In this document: positions 1 through 7,294 of the stretch, piece by piece | How the letters are laid out: every line of letters starts with the position of its first letter | How positions within the stretch are numbered: the first letter of the stretch is position 1 | DNA from: Promethearchaeota archaeon | Lineage (GTDB): Archaea; Asgardarchaeota; Lokiarchaeia; Sigyniarchaeales; SOKP01 | Reading direction: 5' to 3' | NCBI GenBank assembly: GCA_011364975.1 | Contig: RDOE01000098.1 | Span: 1 to 10,892, forward strand | DNA length: 10,892 nt | Made by a program: the position numbers and the translations under genes | Notes under the pieces: model-generated | Told to the model about the DNA's origin: nothing | Seen by the model: the letters and a program-made list of their open reading frames with translations, nothing else | Database searches by the model: none

Positions 1-2
1 CT

Positions 3-1445
3 TCCTTTTATTTTCCACTATACGGTTTTCCTTCTGATGTAAATGCTCCTAATGCTTTTATTTTTGAAACATTTCCCCCAGCACTTCAAAATTTTTACGT
101 GCATAGAAACGTTTTACATATATGGTCTGAATACGAAGAATGGTATACTGTTGACATGACATTAGTTGGACCATCAAATATCACTGCAGATATGACAGTG
201 AGTCAAATTTATGAACAAGGATTAATCGTTACAGGAATGAATGCAGGATTAGGTTACCCAAATCCAGGTCAAGTGAATACAAATTACGGTAATTTTGCAT
301 TTGGTAATGCTTACCGAGAATATTATGTTAAAGGTACCACTCATCCCGGTGAAACTATGGATTTAGGTGTCAATCAAGAATCTGTGGCTTGGATGTTACA
401 AGCTTTAAAGGGATACAGTGAATCTGAGGCATGGGAAATTGTAGCTACATTAGGGCAAACTTATTTATACACAGAAATCTTTAGTGGTGCAGCATTACTT
501 TTTAGTTTTATATCTGTACTGTTTTTGGTGCAAATTTTATTATCGATGAAATTCTTTGCTGTAGTAAAGCAACCAATGCCTGAGAGAGTAGTCACCAAGA
601 AGAAATTGAATTGGTGGATGTATGCATCCATAAATACGGCGATTGCTGGTGTGTTTTTCATTTTGTTTACCAATGCGAGCAATGCGTGGAATTTTCCTAC
701 TAATGCCCCAATTTTAAGTATGGGAATGATTAATAATTGGTTAGGATTTTTCTTGACAACTGCGGCCGCAGCTATATTTCTGATCGGATTATGGTATTTT
801 CTTTTTAACAGAAAAGAAAGAGGAAGTATTACCCCTTATGATCTTGGCATAACATATAGTAATGATAAATTAAGAACAAATCTAAAAAATAAAGCCCATT
901 GGCAAATATTTGGAAAGACAGTATTACTTGCAGGAATTCTTTTTGGTTGGATGTATCTATTAGTAAGTATATTCCAATCAGCGTTCTTAATCGAATTTAG
1001 AATTTTCTGGGCTTTTGCGAAAACATTTACTATGGATAGATTTGTTCAATTCTTACTATATCTTCCGATGTTCATTCCATTTTTCCTTGTAAATGGAGGA
1101 GTGTTACTATTTGGGCAGATACGCCAAGAAGAAGCTGGTTCCTCATTTAAAACCCATTTGATTTGGTGGTGTAAGATTGTATATGCCACCCTAATCGGTC
1201 TACTAGTTGTACTTTTGATCCAATACATCGGAGTAATGGTTTCTAATTATCCCTATGAAGGATTAGCTAATGCGCCAATAATGTACATTCAATTGATGAA
1301 CGCAATCCCCTTTTACGCATTATTGTATTTTATTATGATCTTCTTCTTCCGAAAAACAGGAAAAATTTATCTGGGAGCATTTTTTGGCGCAATTCTTACT
1401 GTATGGTTTTTATCAGTGGGAACTGTATTTGGCATATCATTATAA
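3..1445 (+). CDS. Membrane-anchored alpha/beta-hydrolase-like protein with a multi-pass C-terminal membrane domain (5'-truncated by window edge)
   Basis: The frame is open from base 3 (SFYFPLYGFPSDVNAP...), so the GTG at 99 is not the true start. The soluble part has NVLHIWSEYEEW and YGNFAFGNAYREYYVKGTTHPGE, resembling the acid and His elements of an alpha/beta-hydrolase triad. The nucleophile motif is not in the window. About 8-9 hydrophobic helices follow. Confidence 0.6.
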   Translation, partial: SFYFPLYGFPSDVNAPNAFIFETFPPALQNFYVHRNVLHIWSEYEEWYTVDMTLVGPSNITADMTVSQIYEQGLIVTGMNAGLGYPNPGQVNTNYGNFAFGNAYREYYVKGTTHPGETMDLGVNQESVAWMLQALKGYSESEAWEIVATLGQTYLYTEIFSGAALLFSFISVLFLVQILLSMKFFAVVKQPMPERVVTKKKLNWWMYASINTAIAGVFFILFTNASNAWNFPTNAPILSMGMINNWLGFFLTTAAAAIFLIGLWYFLFNRKERGSITPYDLGITYSNDKLRTNLKNKAHWQIFGKTVLLAGILFGWMYLLVSIFQSAFLIEFRIFWAFAKTFTMDRFVQFLLYLPMFIPFFLVNGGVLLFGQIRQEEAGSSFKTHLIWWCKIVYATLIGLLVVLLIQYIGVMVSNYPYEGLANAPIMYIQLMNAIPFYALLYFIMIFFFRKTGKIYLGAFFGAILTVWFLSVGTVFGISL

Positions 1446-1448
1446 AAA

Positions 1449-1460
1449 TTTTTTTTTTTT
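1449..1460 (+). terminator. Oligo-T (T12) archaeal-type terminator between convergent genes
   Basis: 12 consecutive T start 3 nt after the TAA at 1443-1445, with no GC-rich hairpin. They lie in the 17-nt gap between convergent ORFs. Confidence 0.6.
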
Positions 1461-1462
1461 CT

Positions 1463-2617
1463 TTATTTTTTTATAGCAATTGCTGAATCAGCTGTAACTT
1501 CATTTTGAAGTTTTTTAAACGCATTTTCTGAGGTTGAGAAAGTTTGTGCACCGTACTTTTCGACTAAATCTTTAAGTTCCTCATCAAAAATTCTTACATA
1601 TACTTCGATATTAGGATATCTTAAATCAAATTTAGAGGCTAGATAAAGCGCCTCATCAAATTCAGAATCTTTTTTCCAACAAATAAAGACTTGGCTAACA
1701 CTTTCTAAATCAACGTGTGGTCGCAAATCACTTAAAAAGCAAGCGAATTCTTGAATTATGTGCAGGTTCGACCCTACAACAAATTCAATTCCATCGTGTT
1801 CATCATCAAATAAGAAAACTTCACGATCTGTTTGTAATGAAATATGATGAGCAATTCTGTGAGTAAGTCTATCGCGTCCAATCACTATCGCATTGCCTTT
1901 TTTACCTTTTGTCCATTCATAAATACCTTCCATTGCCCATTTTGAAGTAGAGAACGAAAATGCATTCAAGGGGGTTTGTTCAAGATAATCTTGTACATGA
2001 TCTTCAAAAGCTCGTACATATATTGCAATTTCATCATTTAATTGTCGTATTTTTTCAGTACAAATGATAGCGATTCGAGCCTCATCCACATTAATAAAAA
2101 CTTCTTTAGCTTTTTTTATATTTGCATCTTTTAGATTAAATAATTCTGTTGGGTCTCCAATAACCACAGGATATCCAGAATTTACTAAATCCTCAACTAA
2201 TTCTTCATTATCCTCAATAACACAAAATCTTTTTTTATTCTCTGTACAAAAATCAACTATCCTTTCAGAAAGATGCTGATATCCAATAATAACAGTATGA
2301 TTACGCTTATGTTTTGCTAAAATTCGGCTTGTAATGACGGGATTATATTTCTCGAGTAACTCTCCCATAATAAAGCCAAATACAATAACTTCCAGCAAGA
2401 TTGGCCATATGAGTGTATAGAAATTGATGAAATCATCCGAAGTAATAGGTCTTCGAATGGTTAAAGAATATAAGAAAATAATATATAAATTCTCTCCCTG
2501 TTGAGTTAAGAAAAAAAAAGAGAATCCACCAAACCAGAATAAAAGTAAGAAGATGAATTGTAATTTGTATTGCTTTAATTTAAGCTCGATATTTATTAAT
2601 AAATTAATAATACTCAT
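1463..2617 (-). CDS. Ion-channel-like protein: TM-pore helix-TM followed by two RCK/TrkA-N (Rossmann-like) domains; lacks the TVGYG filter
   Basis: Two hydrophobic helices (aa ~21-38 and ~63-87) precede RCK-N motifs NHTVIIGYQHLSERIV, CVIEDN, VVIGDPTELFNLKDANIKKAK and IYVRAFED. A second copy follows: NAIVIGRDRLTHRIA...VYVRIFDEELKDLVEKYGAQTFSTS. Confidence 0.85.
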   Translation of the reverse strand: MSIINLLINIELKLKQYKLQFIFLLLFWFGGFSFFFLTQQGENLYIIFLYSLTIRRPITSDDFINFYTLIWPILLEVIVFGFIMGELLEKYNPVITSRILAKHKRNHTVIIGYQHLSERIVDFCTENKKRFCVIEDNEELVEDLVNSGYPVVIGDPTELFNLKDANIKKAKEVFINVDEARIAIICTEKIRQLNDEIAIYVRAFEDHVQDYLEQTPLNAFSFSTSKWAMEGIYEWTKGKKGNAIVIGRDRLTHRIAHHISLQTDREVFLFDDEHDGIEFVVGSNLHIIQEFACFLSDLRPHVDLESVSQVFICWKKDSEFDEALYLASKFDLRYPNIEVYVRIFDEELKDLVEKYGAQTFSTSENAFKKLQNEVTADSAIAIKK

Positions 2618-2638
2618 AAAAAGAGATAAAATTTACAA

Positions 2639-2647
2639 GTATAAAAA
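2639..2647 (-). promoter_or_regulatory. Possible TATA box for a leaderless transcript of the RCK-channel gene
   Basis: TTTTTATAC on the minus strand lies 22-30 nt upstream of the ATG at 2617, and no SD motif precedes the ATG. The AT-rich background makes this weak. Confidence 0.35.
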
Positions 2648-2678
2648 TAATGTTACCATCTTTTTTTATCATATGCAA

Positions 2679-3530
2679 TTATAAACCCCGTATTTCTTTA
2701 AGTAATTCCGCAGCCTCTTTTAGCTTATCCTGCAAAGTTTGTTTGACTTCATCTTTATCATTGTTATTTAAATTAGGATTTGAAAGCAAATCTAAAGATG
2801 TATATACAGCTTGAAGGGCATTTCCAAGATTATGAGAATAAACATCCTTTACTTCTAACTTTTCTGCTTGAGAAATCTTATATTCTAAATGCACTGTGAG
2901 AATTTGTAATAATACTGTAATAATCAAGAGATAACCATAATTGAGAAATATTAAGACAACATTATCTGCAGCATATAACCCAAAACCTAATCCTTCTATA
3001 AATATTAAAATACTAATAGGGATATAAACTAAGCCTACTATTGTTATAATAAAATACGTATACCATAATTGTTTATCAACTCGCTTGGTAAAAATTTTCC
3101 ACCTTATATAAGGAACTAAAATTCCTGAGATCCAAATTATTTGGGAAATTAATGATGTTATTGTAATCGCCATCATTGAACCAATCATAAAGTAAAGAAA
3201 GTGAGAAAGAATTATTATTATGAATATAATTAGTAAAAATATTTTAAGTCTAACTGTAATAAAATAAGCTAGTAATCCCTTAACCAAAATTAATAAAGCA
3301 AGAGTAGTTAATAAAGCATTATAAATTAGTAGAAAATCCGCATATGCTAGATCTATTATTGTTAAAGATATTAAAGGAAAAAAGCCAGCACATAACCATA
3401 AAAACCAAGCTAAACCTAAAGTTAAGAATCTTGAATTTTTAGATCTTAAATAAAAATCAATACTAATACTAAGTCCAATTATACGTAGAAAAATTAAAAT
3501 TATTAGACTAAAGAAAACTATAATATGCAT
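2679..3530 (-). CDS. 7TM membrane sensor with a C-terminal HisKA/DHp-like helical hairpin and no HATPase domain
   Basis: There are seven hydrophobic segments in aa 3-214, then a coiled linker and an H-box-like DVYSHNLGNALQAVYTSLDLL (His233, nt 2832-2834). A second amphipathic helix follows, then a clean TAA. Confidence 0.75.
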   Translation of the reverse strand: MHIIVFFSLIILIFLRIIGLSISIDFYLRSKNSRFLTLGLAWFLWLCAGFFPLISLTIIDLAYADFLLIYNALLTTLALLILVKGLLAYFITVRLKIFLLIIFIIIILSHFLYFMIGSMMAITITSLISQIIWISGILVPYIRWKIFTKRVDKQLWYTYFIITIVGLVYIPISILIFIEGLGFGLYAADNVVLIFLNYGYLLIITVLLQILTVHLEYKISQAEKLEVKDVYSHNLGNALQAVYTSLDLLSNPNLNNNDKDEVKQTLQDKLKEAAELLKEIRGL

Positions 3531-3547
3531 TTTTAAGTTAAGTTTCT

Positions 3548-3563
3548 CTCAATAATTATTGAG
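3548..3563. promoter_or_regulatory. Perfect 16-bp palindrome, candidate operator
   Basis: CTCAATAATTATTGAG is its own reverse complement. It lies 18-33 nt upstream of the 7TM gene ATG, downstream of a TATA-like GAAATATAATTAA (3578-3590, minus strand). Confidence 0.45.
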
Positions 3564-3778
3564 TAAATAATCTTCTCTTAATTATATTTCTTCTAATAAT
3601 ATATTAATAATTATGTCTTAAGGAATACTATCAAAATTTTAGGAAGTATTGACTCTTTTTAATACAAAAAGTAATATGTATGGGAAGCATCGATTAAAAA
3701 TGATAATACTGCTCTTAATAAAGTAAGTCTATTTTTACAATATAAACTGATTAAGAGAATAAAGTTTACATTTATATA

Positions 3779-4771
3779 TTAAACATTCATAGCGTAAAAG
3801 GAGAAGATAATTATATCTGGAAGAAAGTGAATAAACCAAGCCCAGAAAAATCCTTTAGTTTCCAAAAGACTTTTGCCTAAAAACCAACCCAAAAATGCTG
3901 AAAGCGCGACACCTAATATCCCATTAGGTACTCCATAATAGTGCCCAAGACCAAAATATATTGTAGTGATTAAAAGTGCTTGCTGTTTGCCAATTTTGGT
4001 CCAAAGCTCTGAAATCGGAGCAGCACGTAACGTAAATTCTTCATTAAAGGCATTAATCGCAGCAATGAGCACCGCTACGGGAATTAGAGGTATTGTATTT
4101 ATAAAAGTCTCAAACGTAGTGGGAGACGTGAATATTAAAAATGTAAAGGTACCAATAGAAAATATCGCAGCAAAAATCGTACCAATTTTTGTCCATGGTT
4201 CGGGTTCTTTCATACCAAGAAGTTTTGATGGTTCAACTAAAGCTTTAATTTTACCTTTAACAAGGAAAAAATCCTTTCTTTTCCTACCTATTATTAATAG
4301 ATAGCAAAGCAATACAATCGCAGGTAATAACCGCAAGATATGAGTTAGTATTGCGGATAATGCCCATGGAACTGACGCCATCCATATAGTCCAAGTCGAG
4401 GAATCACGTATAAGTGGTATTAATCCCCATTGCCACCCGCCTCCAAAACCAAGAAAGAATATAATTATTACGATTATGAGAAATTGCCGTAAGGGTTTTA
4501 AGTTCCTTATTATAGATGTAAGAATGAGCAGAATAACTAAACATATTGCAATTAACCAAGGCCACCAGAATGGTTCCCCAAAACCAAATTCTCTCCACAA
4601 TATAAGAGAAAGTGAACTAGCTAATAACATTGCAATCCAAGCGATTATAATAATGTTTCTATTTTGTTTCTTGTGAGTAATTTCAGTATTAGTTTGTTCT
4701 CCCCTTGAATTTAGGTATTTATCTTTAGCACTTGTTAAGTCTCCACCGGAATTATCACTATTATTAGACAA
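3779..4771 (-). CDS. CPBP family (CAAX/Rce1-like, PF02517) intramembrane glutamic endopeptidase
   Basis: The family motifs are intact: EExxxR (NEEFTLR), FxxxH (YFGLGH) and HxxxD/N (FIHFLPD). The protein is multi-TM. The TTG start is preceded by AAGGAG. Confidence 0.92.
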   Translation of the reverse strand: MSNNSDNSGGDLTSAKDKYLNSRGEQTNTEITHKKQNRNIIIIAWIAMLLASSLSLILWREFGFGEPFWWPWLIAICLVILLILTSIIRNLKPLRQFLIIVIIIFFLGFGGGWQWGLIPLIRDSSTWTIWMASVPWALSAILTHILRLLPAIVLLCYLLIIGRKRKDFFLVKGKIKALVEPSKLLGMKEPEPWTKIGTIFAAIFSIGTFTFLIFTSPTTFETFINTIPLIPVAVLIAAINAFNEEFTLRAAPISELWTKIGKQQALLITTIYFGLGHYYGVPNGILGVALSAFLGWFLGKSLLETKGFFWAWFIHFLPDIIIFSFYAMNV

Positions 4772-4776
4772 AATAT

Positions 4777-4782
4777 CTCCTT
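4777..4782 (-). promoter_or_regulatory. Shine-Dalgarno-like motif for the CPBP gene
   Basis: AAAAGGAGATATT lies directly before the TTG at 4771. Confidence 0.55.
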
Positions 4783-5026
4783 TTAGCTTTTTATTTTTGA
4801 TCTAATTAAGAAAGGTAAAATAATAAGTGTAAAAATGAAACTACTTAAAAAGATTTTATTATTTGTTAATTAGATGATAAAGGCAATATGAATCAATATA
4901 AAGAAATTAATAAAATTATCCTAAATTGTATAAGAAAAAAGTTAGCTCTTTAAGAAAAAAGATTTTTTTCTATAATGAAAGAGTATATATGGATAAAGGG
5001 AATTAAAAGTCATAAATACAAATTGG

Positions 5027-5368
5027 ATGAAAATTATGAACGATTTAGTAAAAAAAAAGTGTGTTCCGTGTGAAGGGGGAATACCTCCTCTAAGTGATGA
5101 TAAGGAGGAAAAGTATTTGAAGGACATAGATAGATGGAATCTCATAAAGGAGGGGATTCATAGAATAGAAAAGGAATTCCTTTTCGGTGATTTTAAGGAT
5201 TCAATGAGATTTGTAAATAGAGTTGCTAAAATTGCGGAGAAAGAAGGACATCACCCTAATATTCATATTTATTATGATAAAGTTCATTTAGAGATATATA
5301 CTCATGCTATAAAAGGGTTACATCTTAATGATTTCATCCTCGCTGCAAAGATCGATCAAATTTATTAA
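5027..5368 (+). CDS. phhB: Pterin-4-alpha-carbinolamine dehydratase (PCD/COG2154)
   Basis: Contains AEKEGHHPNIHIYYDKVHLEIYTHAIKGLHLNDFILAAKID and an N-terminal CVPCEGG. The start may be the ATG at 5036. Confidence 0.95.
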   Translation: MKIMNDLVKKKCVPCEGGIPPLSDDKEEKYLKDIDRWNLIKEGIHRIEKEFLFGDFKDSMRFVNRVAKIAEKEGHHPNIHIYYDKVHLEIYTHAIKGLHLNDFILAAKIDQIY

Positions 5369-5485
5369 TTCAAAAATTTCCAAACGATAATTTAAAGGTA
5401 TAAGCATGATTTATTTAATATTATTTGAAGTTCTGATTATTTAATGATAGCATTTCATGAATATTCTATAAAGATTTGAGATATT

Positions 5486-7021
5486 ATGAGAAATAAAGAT
5501 TATTCAACGAAAAATAATTTTGATAAAAATAGAAATGGCGGGATTTTACTCCATCCAACTAGTCTACCTGGAAACTATGGAATTGGAGAGCTCGGTTCTC
5601 ACTTATATAGATTTCTTGATTTCTTGCATAGATTTAAACAAGGAATTTGGCAGATTCTTCCATTAGGTCCAACAGGATATGGAAATTCACCTTACCAATG
5701 TTTTTCTGCCTTTGCAGGAAATCCTTTGTTGATTAGTCTTGAAAATTTAATAGAAATAGGATTATTGAATAGTGAAGATTGTCAACCCTTAGAGGCATTT
5801 CCAGAATCGTATATTGATTATGGAAAAGTAATACCATATAAATGGGCGTTGTTAAAACTAGCCTTTAAGAAATTTGAGGAGTATAAACACTCTAAATTGA
5901 AAAAAATGTTCTTGCAATTTATAAAAGATCAATCCTATTGGTTAGAAGATTATAGCATATTTATGTCAATTAAATTATCTAATAATTTAATCGCATGGAA
6001 TGAATGGGATGATGCTTTAAAATTTCGAGACAAAATTGCTTTAGAAGCTTGGGAAAAAAATAATTTAATGGAGATTGAATTTCATAAGTTTACACAATTT
6101 ATTTTTTTTAAACAATGGGATGAAATAAAAAATTATGCTCACCAAAAGAACATAATCATTATTGGAGATATCCCTATTTTTGTTGCTTATGATTCTGTAG
6201 ATGTTTGGGCCCATCCAGAATTCTATTATTTAGATAACAATAGACAAATGAAATATATCGCAGGTGTACCCCCAGATTATTTCTCTTCAAATGGACAACG
6301 ATGGGGGAATCCATTATATAATTGGAAAGTTATGAAGTCACAAAATTATATTTGGTGGATCGAACGAATAAAACATACTCTTAACCAAGTAGATATATTA
6401 AGAATAGATCATTTCAGAGGATTTGAATCTTATTGGCAAATAGATGCAAATGAAGAAACTGCTATTAAAGGTAAATGGGTCTCGGGACCGGGATTAGATC
6501 TCTTTCAAAAGTTAAAAGATGTGTTAGGAAATTTGCCAATTATTGCCGAAGATTTAGGGCTAATCACTCCAGAAGTAGAAGATTTGTTAATGCAAACAGG
6601 TTTTCCTGGAATGAGAGTTCTACAATTTGCTTTTATGGATAAAAGTGAAAATCCATCACGAAATAAATATTTTCCTCATAATTACCAGCCTAATGCAATT
6701 GTATATACCGGAACCCACGATAATCAAACCACTAAAGCTTGGTTTAACGATTCTTCAGAAACTATAAAAAATTTAGTATTAGATTATACTAATTCTGATG
6801 GTAAGGATATTGTAGGTGATTTAATTCGATTAGTTTGGAGTTCAGTAGCGAAAATAGCAGTTATTCCACTACAAGATCTTCTAAGGTTAGGAGATGAAGC
6901 GAGGATGAATTTTCCAGGGACAATAGGTAATAATTGGATATGGAGATTCACTTGGGATCAAATAACAGATCAATTAGGGAAAGAATTAATGAAGTTAAGC
7001 TCGCTATATGGACGTTTTTAA
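5486..7021 (+). CDS. malQ: 4-alpha-glucanotransferase / amylomaltase (GH77)
   Basis: Contains GILLHPTSLPG, WQILPLGPTG, GVPPDYFS and WGNPLY, plus the catalytic motifs RIDHFRG, IAEDLG and YTGTHDN, and the C-terminal RMNFPG...NWIWR. Confidence 0.97.
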   Translation: MRNKDYSTKNNFDKNRNGGILLHPTSLPGNYGIGELGSHLYRFLDFLHRFKQGIWQILPLGPTGYGNSPYQCFSAFAGNPLLISLENLIEIGLLNSEDCQPLEAFPESYIDYGKVIPYKWALLKLAFKKFEEYKHSKLKKMFLQFIKDQSYWLEDYSIFMSIKLSNNLIAWNEWDDALKFRDKIALEAWEKNNLMEIEFHKFTQFIFFKQWDEIKNYAHQKNIIIIGDIPIFVAYDSVDVWAHPEFYYLDNNRQMKYIAGVPPDYFSSNGQRWGNPLYNWKVMKSQNYIWWIERIKHTLNQVDILRIDHFRGFESYWQIDANEETAIKGKWVSGPGLDLFQKLKDVLGNLPIIAEDLGLITPEVEDLLMQTGFPGMRVLQFAFMDKSENPSRNKYFPHNYQPNAIVYTGTHDNQTTKAWFNDSSETIKNLVLDYTNSDGKDIVGDLIRLVWSSVAKIAVIPLQDLLRLGDEARMNFPGTIGNNWIWRFTWDQITDQLGKELMKLSSLYGRF

Positions 7022-7030
7022 AGATGTTTA

Positions 7031-7048
7031 CAAAATCAATTGATTTTG
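7031..7048. repeat. Perfect 18-bp palindrome just downstream of malQ
   Basis: CAAAATCAATTGATTTTG is self-complementary. It starts 10 nt after the malQ stop. Confidence 0.7.
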
Positions 7049-7238
7049 ATTCCGACTTCATTTTTTCTTAGAGGAGGAACAAAAGGATCTACATAATTCC
7101 TATAAAAAGAATTTCCTAGTATGCTAATTTGGTTTATTCTTAGGGTTTCGGTTGATTTCTCTTCATAGTATCTCTTAGCTGATAAGAAATGGTATCTTAA
7201 TTGGGTGAAATCTTTTTTAGAAGAATTTTAATGTTCAT
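7036..7238 (-). pseudogene. Remnant of a SOUL heme-binding family gene (C-terminal part)
   Basis: A startless open frame at 7227-7036 ends ...ETLRINQISILGNSFYRNYVDPFVPPLRKNEVGIKIN*, matching the SOUL C-terminal G..F...Y..P..P..R.NEV pattern as I recall it. The nearest upstream ATG (7238) is in another frame and stops after 13 codons. Confidence 0.6.
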
Positions 7239-7275
7239 ATTTTTAATTTAAGTAAATAATAATCAAATTTTATTC

Positions 7276-7288
7276 AAAAATCAAAAAA
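7276..7288 (-). terminator. Oligo-T terminator after the 95-aa gene
   Basis: TTTTTTGATTTTT on the minus strand starts 6 nt after the TGA. Confidence 0.45.
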
Positions 7289-7294
7289 TAGCTC

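Noticed and set aside
2679-3530. 7TM protein as a rhodopsin or GPCR
   Set aside because: There is no retinal-binding Lys (DxxxK) in helix 7 and there are no GPCR motifs. TM count alone is not evidence.
3531-3778. Possible small gene or remnant in the 248-nt gap
   Set aside because: The frames I read give only short or startless peptides with no recognisable similarity.
3779-4771. CPBP/'Abi' protein as an anti-phage defence gene
   Set aside because: The Abi label of PF02517 is a historical misnomer, and no defence or mobile genes are nearby.
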